Counted from the first letter of the stretch, positions 37,209 through 48,041 are shown. The stretch is 57,353 nucleotides of DNA from Gallaecimonas xiamenensis 3-C-1 (GCF_000299915.1 NZ_AMRI01000027.1:1-57353); one strand, 5' to 3'. Numbers and translations are program-made. The notes: generated from the letters alone by a model not told the origin.

Positions 37209-37831
37209 AGGCCCGGCACCTGGCTTTTGGCGGCGGCGCGCTGGCTGATACCCTGCCAGTTACCCTCGGCCACCAGTTTATTGGGGGCTATCCAGCTGCC
37301 GCCCACGGCAAAGACGTTACCCAACGCCAGGTAGCTGGCGAGGTTGTTCTCCGCTACGCCGCCGGTGGGGCAAAAAGTCACGCCCGGGAAAATGCTGCTA
37401 ATGGCCTTTAATAGCGCCACCCCGCCGCTGAGCTCAGCCGGAAAGAGTTTCAGTTGCTGGCAACCGGCCTCGACCATGCGGCCTATGTCAGAGAGGCTCG
37501 ATACCCCAGGGGCAAAGGGCAGCCCGGTGTCCATCAGCGCCGCCAGCAGTGTGTCGGTGGTGGTGGGGGTAACGATAAACTGGGCGCCGGCTTCTCGCAC
37601 CGCCCGGGCCTGCTCGCCGCTCAGCACAGTGCCGGCCCCTACCCGCACCTCTGGCACTTCACTTCGGATAGCCTTGATGCAGTCCAGCGCCTGGGCGTTT
37701 CGCAGCACCACTTCCACCTGGCCAATGCCGCCTTGGTGAATGGCACGGGCAGCGGCCACGGCCGCCGCTGCAGAGTCGGCCTGGATAATGGGGACAAGGC
37801 GGCTTTGGTCCAACAGATCAGTCAATAAGGT
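37205..37831 (-). CDS. eda: KDPG / KHG aldolase
   Basis: Start MTLLTDLL. Eda motifs (..VGAGTVL.., ..FCPTGG..). 208 aa. Confidence 0.8.
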   Translation of the reverse strand, partial: TLLTDLLDQSRLVPIIQADSAAAAVAAARAIHQGGIGQVEVVLRNAQALDCIKAIRSEVPEVRVGAGTVLSGEQARAVREAGAQFIVTPTTTDTLLAALMDTGLPFAPGVSSLSDIGRMVEAGCQQLKLFPAELSGGVALLKAISSIFPGVTFCPTGGVAENNLASYLALGNVFAVGGSWIAPNKLVAEGNWQGISQRAAAKSQVPGL

Positions 37832-39254
37832 CATGAAGGCGTTCTCGTACGCTGTTAAGGGTGATGCCGTCCAGGCGTTGGTAGGCCGCCTTGAGGGCAG
37901 CGGCAAAGACGGGGTTGGCGCCCAAGTCGCCAAAGACCTCGTCGAGCGCCAAGAAGGCATCCGGCCCCCGGCAGGCCAGTAGCTTGGCGGCCAGCGGGTC
38001 GGTAAGGGCATCGCCGCTTTGGGCCTTGGCTTCGATAAAGCGCAGCCAGGCGGCAACGGCCACGCAGAGCCGGTCGATGGAGTGGCCTACCTTGAGGTTG
38101 TCCCGCACCGTGCCCAACAACCGAAACGGCAGCTTTTGCGAGCCGTCCCAGGCGATTTGCGCCAGCAGATGGCGAATGTAGGGGTTGCGATAGCGAGCGA
38201 GGATGGCCTCGGCGTAAGCGGCCAAGTCCATGTCGTCCGGGGCGGTCAGGGACGGCACTATCTCCTTGGCTACCAAGGCGTCGATAAAGTCCGACAGCAC
38301 CGGCTGGCTGATGGCTTCCAGTACGGTTTGAAGCCCCAGCAGGCTGCCGAGATAAGCCAAGGTGGAATGGGTGCCGTTTAACAGCCGCAATTTCGCCTGT
38401 TCATAAAGGGCCACGTCTTGGGTGAAAGTCACTCCAACGGAATCGAGGGCCGGTTTAGGGCCGGAGAAGTGGTCTTCAATCACCCACTGGCTAAAGGCTT
38501 CGCGCTTGATGGGCCAGGCGTCTGTCACCCCCAGAGTCTGGGCGACGGTAGCTTCAAGGTCGGCTTCCGAGGCCGGGGTGATGGAGTCCACCATGGAGCA
38601 GGGAAAGGCCACCTTGGCCGCTATCCAATCCCCAAGTGCCGGGTCGAGGCGCCCGGCCAGGGCCAGCACCGCCCCTTTGAGCTTGTGGCCGTTGTCCACC
38701 AGGTTGTCGCAGCTCAGCACAGTGAGGTTTTCAAGGCCGGCCTGGCGGCGGCGCTGCAACGCAGCCACCAAGAGGCCAATGGCCGACACCGGCGCGCTGA
38801 TATCGGCCAGATCGGCGGCAATATCCGGGTGCTGCCAATCGAGTTTGCCGTCTTTAAGGCAATAGCCCTTCTCGGTAACGGTCAGGCTGATGAGATAAGT
38901 CTCGGGGCTCGCCATCCGCGCCAAGATGGCGGCCATGTCGGTTGGCGCCACCAGCAGCTCGGTAAAGGCGCCGATAACCCGCATGCCGCTGGTTAAATCC
39001 TGCACCGCCAGGGTGTAGAGGTTGTCCTGGGGGCCAAGTTTTTCTTTAAGGGCTGGCGAGCGCAGCGACACCCCGCAAATGCCCCAGCGCGGGTCTGTGG
39101 CCAGCAGGCTGTCGATATACACCGCCTGGTGGGCCCGGTGAAAAGCGCCAGGGCCTATGTGCACTATGCCGGTTTTCACCTCGCCCCGCTGGTAGCGGGG
39201 CTTTTGCACGGCGCCTGGGATTGCGGCCAGGGCGCTACTGGTCAGTCTTTGCAT
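37818..39254 (-). CDS. uxaB: altronate oxidoreductase (tagaturonate reductase), mannitol-dehydrogenase family
   Basis: 478 aa. N-terminal GIVHIGPGAFHRAHQ Rossmann motif of Mannitol_dh. Sits next to uxaC and uxaA. Confidence 0.7.
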   Translation of the reverse strand: MQRLTSSALAAIPGAVQKPRYQRGEVKTGIVHIGPGAFHRAHQAVYIDSLLATDPRWGICGVSLRSPALKEKLGPQDNLYTLAVQDLTSGMRVIGAFTELLVAPTDMAAILARMASPETYLISLTVTEKGYCLKDGKLDWQHPDIAADLADISAPVSAIGLLVAALQRRRQAGLENLTVLSCDNLVDNGHKLKGAVLALAGRLDPALGDWIAAKVAFPCSMVDSITPASEADLEATVAQTLGVTDAWPIKREAFSQWVIEDHFSGPKPALDSVGVTFTQDVALYEQAKLRLLNGTHSTLAYLGSLLGLQTVLEAISQPVLSDFIDALVAKEIVPSLTAPDDMDLAAYAEAILARYRNPYIRHLLAQIAWDGSQKLPFRLLGTVRDNLKVGHSIDRLCVAVAAWLRFIEAKAQSGDALTDPLAAKLLACRGPDAFLALDEVFGDLGANPVFAAALKAAYQRLDGITLNSVRERLHDLID

Positions 39255-39268
39255 AGCGTCCTCCCCGC

Positions 39269-40684
39269 TCAGAGCTTGTAGGCCTTTTTGGCCAGGTCAT
39301 AGGTCAGGGCCCGGGCCAGTTCGAAACCTTCGTCTTCCCCCAGGCGGTGCTCGCTGATAAGCCCAGCCAGGAAGCGGCAATCGATGCGGCGGGCCACGTC
39401 GTGGCGGGCCGGAATAGACAAGAAGGCGCGGGTGTCGTCGTTAAAGCCGACGGTGTTGTAGAAACCGGCGGTTTCGGTGACCTGGTGGCGAAAACGCAGC
39501 ATGCCTTCGGGGCTGTCGTGGAACCACCAGGCCGGGCCCAGTTTCAGGCAGGGGTAGTGGCCCGCCAGGGGCGCCAGCTCACGGGCGTAGCTGGTTTCAT
39601 CCAGGGTAAAGAGGATGATGCTAAGGCGCGGGTCGTTACCGTATTTGTCCAACAGCGGTTTGAGGGCTTTGACGTATTCGGTAGGCGACGGAATGTCGGC
39701 CCCTTTGTCGCGGCCAAAACCTTCAAAGATACGAGGGTTGTGGTTACGAAAGGCGCCGGGGTGAATTTGCATCACCATGCCGTCTTCGATGCTCATCCCC
39801 GCCAGCTCGGTGAGCATCTGGGCCCGAAAGAGCTCCTGCTGGGCGCTGCCTGCCTTACCGCTGATACACAGCTCAAAGAGGGTACGGCATTCGGCGTGGG
39901 AGAGATTAGCGGTGGCCGCCGTGGGGTGGCCGTGGTCGGTGGCGGTGGCGCCGTGGTCTCGGAAAAAGGCGCGGCGCTGGCGAAGGGCGGCCAGATACCC
40001 GTCCCAGCTATGGGTGTCTTCGCCGGTCAGCTCGCCCAGTTTTTTGATGTTATCGGCAAAGTCTTCCCGGGAAGCGTCTACCACGTCGTCGGGCCTGAAG
40101 GTGGTGATCACCCGTTTTTCCATGGCGCCGCCTTTCATGGCGCCGTGGTATTTGAGGTCGTCCAGGGCCCCTTCGGTGGTGGCGATGCACTCGATGTTAA
40201 AGCGGTCCATCAGCGCCTGGGGCTTGAAGGCGTCAGTAGCCAGCTTTTCGGTGATGGCGTGGTAGTACTGCTCGGCGGTGTCGGGGGCCAGGGCCACCGT
40301 CATGCCGAACACTTCGCTAAACACGGTATCAAGCCAGATGCGCGACGGGGTGCCGCGAAAAAGATGATAGTTACCGGCAAAGAGCCGCCAGATGGCGATG
40401 GGGTCGGTTTCCACGGCGGCGCCGTCGCGGCGGGGAATGCCCAGGCGCTCAAGGCTGATGCCCTGGCTGTAGAGCATGCGAAACACGTAGTGGTCCGGGC
40501 GGATAAAAAGCTCGCTGGCGTTACCAAAAGACGGGTTCTCGGCGAACCAGCGTGGATCGGTATGGCCGTGGGGGCTCAGTATGGGCAGATCCTTGATGCT
40601 GTCGTAGAGGCGCCGGGCGATGGCGCGCACTGTCGGGTCGGCCGGAAAGAGGCGGTCCGGGTGCAGGTTCAGTGGCTGTGGCAT
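39269..40684 (-). CDS. uxaC: glucuronate/galacturonate isomerase
   Basis: 471 aa. PILSPHGHTDP and typical UxaC conserved blocks. Confidence 0.9.
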   Translation of the reverse strand: MPQPLNLHPDRLFPADPTVRAIARRLYDSIKDLPILSPHGHTDPRWFAENPSFGNASELFIRPDHYVFRMLYSQGISLERLGIPRRDGAAVETDPIAIWRLFAGNYHLFRGTPSRIWLDTVFSEVFGMTVALAPDTAEQYYHAITEKLATDAFKPQALMDRFNIECIATTEGALDDLKYHGAMKGGAMEKRVITTFRPDDVVDASREDFADNIKKLGELTGEDTHSWDGYLAALRQRRAFFRDHGATATDHGHPTAATANLSHAECRTLFELCISGKAGSAQQELFRAQMLTELAGMSIEDGMVMQIHPGAFRNHNPRIFEGFGRDKGADIPSPTEYVKALKPLLDKYGNDPRLSIILFTLDETSYARELAPLAGHYPCLKLGPAWWFHDSPEGMLRFRHQVTETAGFYNTVGFNDDTRAFLSIPARHDVARRIDCRFLAGLISEHRLGEDEGFELARALTYDLAKKAYKL

Positions 40685-40700
40685 TGCAAGTCTCCTCCCG

Positions 40701-42185
40701 TCAAAGGGTCACGCCGCGTTTCCAGATGGCAATTTCGCGGCTGTGGTTACGTTCGTTACAGGTCAATTCGCCCGAGGCTATGGCCAGCAGGCGCTCAAAA
40801 AAGGCTTGGCTTAAATCGTCCATGGCGACCCCGTCCAGCAGTTCACCGGCATTGAAATCAATCCAGTTGCCTTTGCGCTGGTAGAGATCGCTATTGGAGC
40901 TGATTTTTACCGTCGGTACCGGGAAGCCGAGCGGCGTGCCCCTACCGGTGGTAAAGAGGATCAAGGTGGCGCCGCTGGCAGCAAGGGCGGTGGAAGACAC
41001 AGCGTCGTTACCCGGCGCTTGCAATAGTGCCAATCCCCGGCCATGGACAGGCTCGCCATAGGCCAGCACCTCCTGGACCTGAGCCTGGCCGCCCTTTTGG
41101 ATGGCGCCTAAGGACTTTTCTTCCAAGGTGGTCAGGCCGCCGGCCTTGTTGCCCGGTGAGGGGTTTTCGAACACCGGCTGCTTGTGGTCGATAAAGTACT
41201 GCTTAAAATCCTGCACCAATTTCACCACCGCCTCGAAGGTGGCGCTGTCTTTGGCGCGGTTCATCAGCACCTGCTCAGCGCCGAACATCTCCGGGGTTTC
41301 GGTTAAAAGCACGGTGCCGCCAAGGGCGGTGAAGCGGTCGGTCATGCGCCCCACCAAAGGGTTGGCGGTGATGCCGGAAAAGCCGTCAGAGCCGCCGCAT
41401 TTCATGCCCAATACCAGTTCGCTCGCCGGGCATGGCTCGCGTTTATCCAGCGCCAGCAGCGGCAGCATCTGGCCTATGGCCTCGACACCGGCTTCCACTT
41501 CGTCGTCCACCTGCTGGCTGTTGAAAAAGCGCACCCGATCGCTATCGATGTCGCCGGCCGCTTCCAAAAGCTTGTTGAGCTGGTTGTTCTCGCAGCCAAG
41601 GCCCACCACCAGCACGGCGCCGGCGTTGGGGTGGTTGATAAGGGCGGCGAGAATGGCGCGGGTGTCGTTAAGGTCGTCCCCCAGTTGCGAGCAGCCATAG
41701 GGGTGCACAAAGGGCACGAAGGCGTCGGCGATACCGGCAAACTCCTGCTCGCAGCGGCTGGCGATGCGCTGGGCAATGGCGTTAACGCAGCCAACGGTGT
41801 TGACTATCCACACCTCGTTACGGGTGCCAACCCGGCCGTTTTTGCGCCGATAGCCCATAAAGGTGCCGCCGCCAAAGGCCTCAAGGTTGGGCTCAACCTG
41901 CTGGTAACGGTACTCCCCGGCGCCGCTGAGGTTGGTGGCGAGATTATGGGAATGGACATGCTCGCCCTTATTGATGGCGCTGGTGGCAGAGCCGATGGCA
42001 AAGCCGTATTTCACCACTTCATCCCCCGCCGCCAGCGCCCTTAAGGCTACCTTGTGGCCGGCGGGCAAGTCGGTGGCCAGCAGCAGTTCTTCGCCGTCAA
42101 TCAGGTGGCGGCTGCCCTTGTCCAGGGCCTGGGTGGCCACCGCCACATTGTCCTTGGGGTGCACTTTAACCAGGGCAACTTTCAT
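40701..42185 (-). CDS. uxaA: altronate dehydratase
   Basis: 494 aa. SAF N-terminal domain plus D-galactarate/altronate dehydratase C-terminal domain. Confidence 0.85.
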   Translation of the reverse strand: MKVALVKVHPKDNVAVATQALDKGSRHLIDGEELLLATDLPAGHKVALRALAAGDEVVKYGFAIGSATSAINKGEHVHSHNLATNLSGAGEYRYQQVEPNLEAFGGGTFMGYRRKNGRVGTRNEVWIVNTVGCVNAIAQRIASRCEQEFAGIADAFVPFVHPYGCSQLGDDLNDTRAILAALINHPNAGAVLVVGLGCENNQLNKLLEAAGDIDSDRVRFFNSQQVDDEVEAGVEAIGQMLPLLALDKREPCPASELVLGMKCGGSDGFSGITANPLVGRMTDRFTALGGTVLLTETPEMFGAEQVLMNRAKDSATFEAVVKLVQDFKQYFIDHKQPVFENPSPGNKAGGLTTLEEKSLGAIQKGGQAQVQEVLAYGEPVHGRGLALLQAPGNDAVSSTALAASGATLILFTTGRGTPLGFPVPTVKISSNSDLYQRKGNWIDFNAGELLDGVAMDDLSQAFFERLLAIASGELTCNERNHSREIAIWKRGVTL

Positions 42186-43669
42186 AGGGCCTCCAGCTCG
42201 GTGGCGCTGACAAGCTTGCCCGCCACCCTGACGTTGTTAAGTTCGAGTTTGCCGACGTTCTCCAGCACCGAGGGCGCGGCGACTTTGTCGATGCGGCAAT
42301 TGCTGAGGGTGACCCCTTCGATGGGGGCCGAGGCAAAACCGCGCAGGTAAAAGGCGCGCTGCGCCGAGCGCACCACCAGGTTGTCGATGTGGATGTCCCG
42401 CACTTCGGGCAGGAAGCGGCCCTCTTGGCCTTCTTCGTAGAAGAAATTGATGCTGACCGCGTCTTTGACTTCCCCCACCCGCAGGTTGCGAATACGGATG
42501 CCTTCGATGGTGCCGCCGCGCCGGGCATTGGTTTTGATGCGAAAGGCCCGTTCCAGCTCGGGGCTGTCCATCTGGCAGTTGTCCAAAAAGACGTTGTAGA
42601 CGCCGCCGGAGATCTCCGAGCCCAGCACCAGGCCGCCGTGGCCGTCTTTCATCTGGCAGTTGCGCACCACCAGGTTGCGACAAGCCTGGCCCACCCGGCG
42701 GCCGTCTTCGTTGCGGCCCGATTTAATGGCGATGCAATCGTCGCCGGTATCGAAGGTGCAGCCCTCAATCACCACGTGGTCGCAGCACTCCGGGTCGCAG
42801 CCGTCGTTGTTGGGGCCGTGGCTGCGGCACGTCACTCCCCGCACCGTCACCGACTGGCAAAGCACCGGGTGCAGCAGCCAAAACGGCGAGTTAACCAGGG
42901 TGACCCCCTCAATCAGCACGTTCTGGCACAAATAGGGCTGAATAAAGGCCGGGCGCAGGAAGGAGCCTTGGCCATGTAGGCGGGTGCGCGGGTCGGTGCC
43001 GGCCAGCACCTCTTGCTGCAATTTGTCTCTGGCCGCCTTTTGGGTTTGGGCAATCGGGTCCTGGCGCCAATGGCCCTCGGGGTGCGGCCCCTTCCAGGGC
43101 CACCAGGTGTTGTCGTCGGCGCCGCCGTCCAGCACCCCTTGGCCGGTCACGGCGATATTGCGCTGGCCGTAGGCATAGATGAGCGGCGACAGGCCCATCA
43201 TCTCCATGCCTTCCCAACGGGTGAACACCGCTGGCAGGTAATGGTCGGGGTTAGGGGAAAACACCAGCACCGCGCCCTTATCCAGGTGCAGGTTGACGTT
43301 GGATTTAAGGTGGATGGCGCCGGTTAAAAAGCGCCCTTGGGGCACTCGTACCCGGCCGCCGCCCGCTGCCGCGCAGGCGGCAATGGCCGCGGCGATGGCA
43401 TCGCTATTAAGCACCTTGCCGCCGGGCACGGCGCCAAAGTCGCTGATGGGAAAGTCGCGCTCGGCAAATTTCGGCAGCTGGGTGTTACGGACAATGTCGT
43501 CCGCCAGGGCCCAGTCATCTGCCGGCGCCTGGGTTTTAGGGGCACTAGCGCAGGCTGGCAACTGGCTTAGCACCAGCCCGGCTCCTAAAGCCTTTAACAG
43601 GGTGCGCCGCTCCAGGCTGGGGTCGGCAGCCTTGCCACCGGTGGCAGATTCATTAAAAAAAGCGGTCAT
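42182..43669 (-). CDS. glycoside hydrolase family 28 exo-polygalacturonase (Tat-exported)
   Basis: Twin-arginine signal RRTLLKALGAG. GH28 motifs NTDG, GDDCIAIKSG, GHG and RIK. Confidence 0.8.
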   Translation of the reverse strand: MTAFFNESATGGKAADPSLERRTLLKALGAGLVLSQLPACASAPKTQAPADDWALADDIVRNTQLPKFAERDFPISDFGAVPGGKVLNSDAIAAAIAACAAAGGGRVRVPQGRFLTGAIHLKSNVNLHLDKGAVLVFSPNPDHYLPAVFTRWEGMEMMGLSPLIYAYGQRNIAVTGQGVLDGGADDNTWWPWKGPHPEGHWRQDPIAQTQKAARDKLQQEVLAGTDPRTRLHGQGSFLRPAFIQPYLCQNVLIEGVTLVNSPFWLLHPVLCQSVTVRGVTCRSHGPNNDGCDPECCDHVVIEGCTFDTGDDCIAIKSGRNEDGRRVGQACRNLVVRNCQMKDGHGGLVLGSEISGGVYNVFLDNCQMDSPELERAFRIKTNARRGGTIEGIRIRNLRVGEVKDAVSINFFYEEGQEGRFLPEVRDIHIDNLVVRSAQRAFYLRGFASAPIEGVTLSNCRIDKVAAPSVLENVGKLELNNVRVAGKLVSATELEAL

Positions 43670-44844
43670 TGGGCTAATTCCAGGGCAGCCAGGATAAAGG
43701 GGCCGGTGGCCTTGGGGTCGTTGTCGCGTTTTTGCTCGCCTACGTAGTACTCGAAGCTGCCGCTGCGATAGGGCTCGCCCCCAAGACCGGCGACGGCGCA
43801 GACCTGGGTGATGCTGATAAGCTTGCCGTCGCTCTTAATGAGCTTGTCGGTCAGGCCCTTAAAGCCTTTTTGCGCCACTGCCAGGTACTTTTCTGGCAAA
43901 TATCCCTGGTTCACCCCTCGGGCCAGGGCGTAGACCAGCATGGCGCTGCCGGACGCCTCCAGGTAGTTGCCGTTGCCGGCGCCCTTGTCAGTGACCTGAT
44001 ACCAAAGCCCGGAGCTGTCTTGAAAGGCGCTGACGTTTTTCGCCAGCTCATTGAAGGTGGCAATCAAAAAGCCCCTGTCCTTATGGCCACGGGGGAAGTG
44101 GTCCAGCACGTCTACCAGGGCCATGGCGTACCAACCCAGGGCACGGGACCAAAAATTAGGAGAGGTACCGGTTTGCGGGTTGGCCCAGGGCTGCTGGCGG
44201 CTTTCGTCCCAGCCGTGGAACAGCAGGCCCGTTTTCGGGTCCTTGTCGTGCTGCTCCATCAGCCGAAACTGCTGGGCGATATCGCTAAAACTGTCGCTGC
44301 CTTCACTAAACCACTGGCCGTACTGGGCATAAAAAGGCGCGCCCATGTAGAGGCCGTCCAGCCACATCTGGAAGGGGTAGCGCTTTTTATGCCAAAAGCC
44401 CCCTTCGCTGGTGCGCGGCTGACTTGCCAGCTGCTGGCGCAGCAGATGCATGGCCTGGATATAGCGCGGGTCCTGGGTTTGCTCATAGAGGGGAAACAAA
44501 ATTTTCCCGGCGTTGATCATGTCGATATTGAAATCGCTCTGCTTATAGCCGCGAATGTCGCCGGTTTCGTCTATCAGGGTGTCGGCATAGGCCTTGGCAT
44601 AGTCAAAGTAGCGCACATCGCCGCTTTCCTTATAGAGGCGCAGCATGGCGGTTAGCACCAGGCCCTGGGTGTAATTCCACTTGGGCTTTTTATAGCCCTC
44701 GATGGTCCAGGCCTGTGGATGGCGGGCCATTTCGGCGTCGGCCATCCGTTTGGCCCAGCTTTCCTTGGCCGCTCCCTGGGCGGTGGTGGCCAATGCCAGC
44801 CAGGCCACCAGGGCCAAGGCTGCTCCTTTGATGATGTGCTGCAT
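43666..44844 (-). CDS. unsaturated rhamnogalacturonyl/galacturonyl hydrolase (GH105, YteR/RhiN-like)
   Basis: Signal peptide. (alpha/alpha)6 GH105 conserved blocks (..MWLDGLYMGAPF.., ..WSRALGWY..). Confidence 0.8.
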   Translation of the reverse strand: MQHIIKGAALALVAWLALATTAQGAAKESWAKRMADAEMARHPQAWTIEGYKKPKWNYTQGLVLTAMLRLYKESGDVRYFDYAKAYADTLIDETGDIRGYKQSDFNIDMINAGKILFPLYEQTQDPRYIQAMHLLRQQLASQPRTSEGGFWHKKRYPFQMWLDGLYMGAPFYAQYGQWFSEGSDSFSDIAQQFRLMEQHDKDPKTGLLFHGWDESRQQPWANPQTGTSPNFWSRALGWYAMALVDVLDHFPRGHKDRGFLIATFNELAKNVSAFQDSSGLWYQVTDKGAGNGNYLEASGSAMLVYALARGVNQGYLPEKYLAVAQKGFKGLTDKLIKSDGKLISITQVCAVAGLGGEPYRSGSFEYYVGEQKRDNDPKATGPFILAALELAQ

Positions 44845-44856
44845 AAGTTCCCCTGA

Positions 44857-45891
44857 TTATTCGCTGCCGGGCCACTGGCTGGTGGATTCCCGGATGATGA
44901 GGCTGGGCTGCACTATGTAGTTCACCCTGATGGCCTTCTCTTCTTTGTCTTCGATGGCGCTGATGATCTTCTGGGCCGCCAGGCTGGCCATGTCGGTGAC
45001 CGGCCTGCGGATGGTGGTCAGCGCCGGGATGATGCGCGACGCCAGGATGTTGTCGTCAAAGCCGCACACCGACAGCTCCTCTGGCACCTTGATGCCCAGC
45101 TCATGGGCCACTTTCAGCACCGCTGCGGCCATTTCGTCGGTGTTGGCAAAGATGGCGGTGGGCCTACCCTCCCCGGCCAGCAAGGTGTGGGCGCATTCGA
45201 GGCCGCTTTGATAGTTGTTCTTGCCGTGGGCAATGCGCCCCTCGGGAATGGGCAGCCCCAGGTCTTTGAGGGCGCCACAAAAACCTTCGAAACGCTCGGT
45301 GGAGGAGTGGTAGTGCATGGGGCCGGTGATAAAACCGATGTCCCTGTGGCCAAGGCCCACCAGGTGCGCCGCCATTTGCCTAACGCCGGTGCGGTCGTCC
45401 GACACCACGATATTGGTGTGGTCGTCCAAGTCCAGGGACGCCATGCGCACATAGGGGTGGCCCTCTTCCCTCAAGGCCGCCGCCAGCACTTTGCTCTCGG
45501 ACACCGGCGGCAGCACTATGACCCCGTCCAGCTTTGAGCGGCCTACAAAGGCCAGGCAGTCTTCCACCAGGCTGGGGCTGTCGTACTTACAGGGGTGCAC
45601 CACCAGCTCGTAACCCTGGCGGGAACAGACATCCAGCAGGCCTCTTTGTACCTGGTCGATATAGAGGGCGTCGGGGTTGTCGTAGATGATGCCGATAAAA
45701 TAGGAACGGCTCGACGCCAGGCCCCTGGCCTGCTTGTCGGGCTGGTAATTGAGATCGGCAATGATCTTTTCGATGATCTTGCGGGTCTCTTCACCAACGC
45801 TGGCCGAGCCGTTGAGGACCCTGGACACGGTGCGCTTGGACACCTGGGCGGCCCGGGCCACGTCGTTGATGGTTGGTTTCTTCACTAGCAT
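44857..45891 (-). CDS. LacI-family transcriptional regulator
   Basis: N-terminal HTH (TINDVARAAQVSKRTVSRVLNG) plus a periplasmic-binding-fold effector domain. Confidence 0.85.
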   Translation of the reverse strand: MLVKKPTINDVARAAQVSKRTVSRVLNGSASVGEETRKIIEKIIADLNYQPDKQARGLASSRSYFIGIIYDNPDALYIDQVQRGLLDVCSRQGYELVVHPCKYDSPSLVEDCLAFVGRSKLDGVIVLPPVSESKVLAAALREEGHPYVRMASLDLDDHTNIVVSDDRTGVRQMAAHLVGLGHRDIGFITGPMHYHSSTERFEGFCGALKDLGLPIPEGRIAHGKNNYQSGLECAHTLLAGEGRPTAIFANTDEMAAAVLKVAHELGIKVPEELSVCGFDDNILASRIIPALTTIRRPVTDMASLAAQKIISAIEDKEEKAIRVNYIVQPSLIIRESTSQWPGSE

Positions 45892-45893
45892 GG

Positions 45894-46736
45894 TCAGTTG
45901 CCCATCATTATTGGGTTGGGTGCCTGCATACCGTAGGTCACCAGAAAAGAAGTGTTGCCCGGCGCTTCGCCGCCTTTGGCGCCTCTTTGAAAAACAGCGC
46001 GGTAAATGGCGCTGGCGCCGTCTTTGAGGCCGCTCACCATGGCGTCGAGCCGCTCCCCTTTAAGGTCGGAGGCAGGGCCAGTGCAGCCCAGGGACGCCAC
46101 CACCAGGCCACTGCGGTCACGAATGGGCACCGCCAGGCAGCGGACTTCGTCGTGGTATTCCCGGTCGTCTAAGGCATAGCCCAGGGCGATGACCCTTTTG
46201 AGATCTTTACGCAAAGGTTCCAGTTCGGTGATGGTGCGACAGGTCATGGCGGTGAGGTAGCGGCCGGCAAAGAGCCGCTCCAGTTCGTCAAAGTGGCGAA
46301 AGGCCAGAAACACCTTGCCGGTGGCCGATGCGTGCAGCAGGGTGCTGACCCCGGGCCTGCTGGCGATTTTGGGCTGCAGGCTGGCGTTGCAGACCTCGAT
46401 GATCAGGCTCGAGTCGGTATTGGGCACCGCCAGATGCACGCTAAGGCCGGACTGCTGGGCCAGGCGCTGCACATGGACGGCGGCATGCTGGCGCAGCTTG
46501 TCCGATTGTAGGGCCTGGAAGCCCAGGTTGAGCATGCCAGGGCCGCTGACAAACTGCTTGCCGCGCTTTTCCACCAGGGCTTCGGCGCACAGGGTTTTGA
46601 GTAGCCGAAACACCGTGGTGCGGGGCAGGCCCAGCTCGGCCTCCAGGTGGGTGGCGGACAGGCCGTCACTGTTGGCCGCCAGCAGCTGCAGCAACTGGCA
46701 GGCCTTGGCCACGCTGGGAATTTGATACTTATCCAT
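45894..46736 (-). CDS. kdgR: IclR-family transcriptional regulator (KdgR-like)
   Basis: IclR HTH N-terminus and IclR effector domain, embedded in the pectin/KDG locus. Confidence 0.75.
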   Translation of the reverse strand: MDKYQIPSVAKACQLLQLLAANSDGLSATHLEAELGLPRTTVFRLLKTLCAEALVEKRGKQFVSGPGMLNLGFQALQSDKLRQHAAVHVQRLAQQSGLSVHLAVPNTDSSLIIEVCNASLQPKIASRPGVSTLLHASATGKVFLAFRHFDELERLFAGRYLTAMTCRTITELEPLRKDLKRVIALGYALDDREYHDEVRCLAVPIRDRSGLVVASLGCTGPASDLKGERLDAMVSGLKDGASAIYRAVFQRGAKGGEAPGNTSFLVTYGMQAPNPIMMGN

Positions 46737-46745
46737 GTCTCCCTC

Positions 46746-48041
46746 CTAAAGTCCCATCAGCCTGGGCAGTGCCTCGCTGATGGCCGGCACGTAAGTGACC
46801 AGCATCAGCACCAGGAACATGGCCAGGTACAAGGGCAGCAAGGGCTTTAACAACCTTTCAATGGTGGTATTGGCCACGGCGCAGCCCACGAACAACACGC
46901 TGCCCACCGGCGGCGAACAAAGGCCGATGGACAGGTTCAAGACGATCATGATGCCGAAATGCAAAGGCGACATGCCCAGGGCCTCGGCTACCGGCAGGAA
47001 GATGGGGGTGAAGATCAGCACCGCCGGGGTCATGTCCAAGAAGGCCCCCACCACAATCAACACCAGGTTGATGATCAGCAGGATGATGATGGGGTTGTCG
47101 CTCAGGGTCACCAGCGCCTGGCTGATGGTCTGGGGGATTTGCTCAAAGGACAGCAACCAGGACATGGCGCTGGAGCAGGCGATAAGGAACATGACGATGG
47201 CGGTGGTTTCCACCGCTTTGAGCAAAATGCCCGGCAGCTGGCTGGGGGTCACTTCCTTGTAGAACACCATGGACAGCACCAGGGCGTAAATCACCGCCAC
47301 GGCGCCGGCCTCGGTGGCGGTAAAGATGCCGCCGATAATGCCGCCGATCACCACCACCACCAACAGCAGGCTGGGCAAGGCCGCCGCCACTTTGGGCAGC
47401 ACCTGGGCCAGAGGCAGGCGCTCACCCACCGGGTACCCCTTGGCCTTGGCGTAGCCGCCGCAGACCAGCATCAAGGCCAGGCCCAGCAAGATGCCCGGCA
47501 GGTAGCCGGCCACGAACAGCGCGGCGATGGACACCCCACCGCTGGCGATGGCGTAGATGATCAGGATATTGCTGGGGGGAATGAGCATGCCGGTGGTGGC
47601 GGCGGCGGCGGTGACGGCGGCGCTAAAGTCCTTGCTGTAGCCCTTGCTCTCCATCTGCGGCACCATAAAGCTGCCGATGGCCGAGGTGGCCGCCACCGCC
47701 GAGCCGGAAATGGCGCCAAACAGCATGCAGGACACCACATTGACCAGGGCCAGGCCGCCGGGCAAGGCGCCGATCAGCGCCATGGCGCATTCGATTAGCC
47801 GCCGGGCAATGCCGCCCCGGCCCATGATAAGGCCCGACAGCACAAAGAAGGGAATGGCCAGCAGGGCAAAGCTATCGATGCCCCCCACCATGCGCTGGGA
47901 TACGGTGCTGACCGCCGTATCGAAGTCCAGGTTCAGCAGCAAGGTGGCCAGGGTGGCGATGCCGATGCAGTAGGAAATGGGCAGGTTGATCAGCAAGAGC
48001 CCAAAGAACAGCATCAGCAGCAAGGCAACGGAGGCGGCCAT
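46746..48041 (-). CDS. dctM: TRAP transporter large permease (DctM family)
   Basis: 431 aa, 12 TM, DctM-family conserved blocks. Confidence 0.85.
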   Translation of the reverse strand: MAASVALLLMLFFGLLLINLPISYCIGIATLATLLLNLDFDTAVSTVSQRMVGGIDSFALLAIPFFVLSGLIMGRGGIARRLIECAMALIGALPGGLALVNVVSCMLFGAISGSAVAATSAIGSFMVPQMESKGYSKDFSAAVTAAAATTGMLIPPSNILIIYAIASGGVSIAALFVAGYLPGILLGLALMLVCGGYAKAKGYPVGERLPLAQVLPKVAAALPSLLLVVVVIGGIIGGIFTATEAGAVAVIYALVLSMVFYKEVTPSQLPGILLKAVETTAIVMFLIACSSAMSWLLSFEQIPQTISQALVTLSDNPIIILLIINLVLIVVGAFLDMTPAVLIFTPIFLPVAEALGMSPLHFGIMIVLNLSIGLCSPPVGSVLFVGCAVANTTIERLLKPLLPLYLAMFLVLMLVTYVPAISEALPRLMGL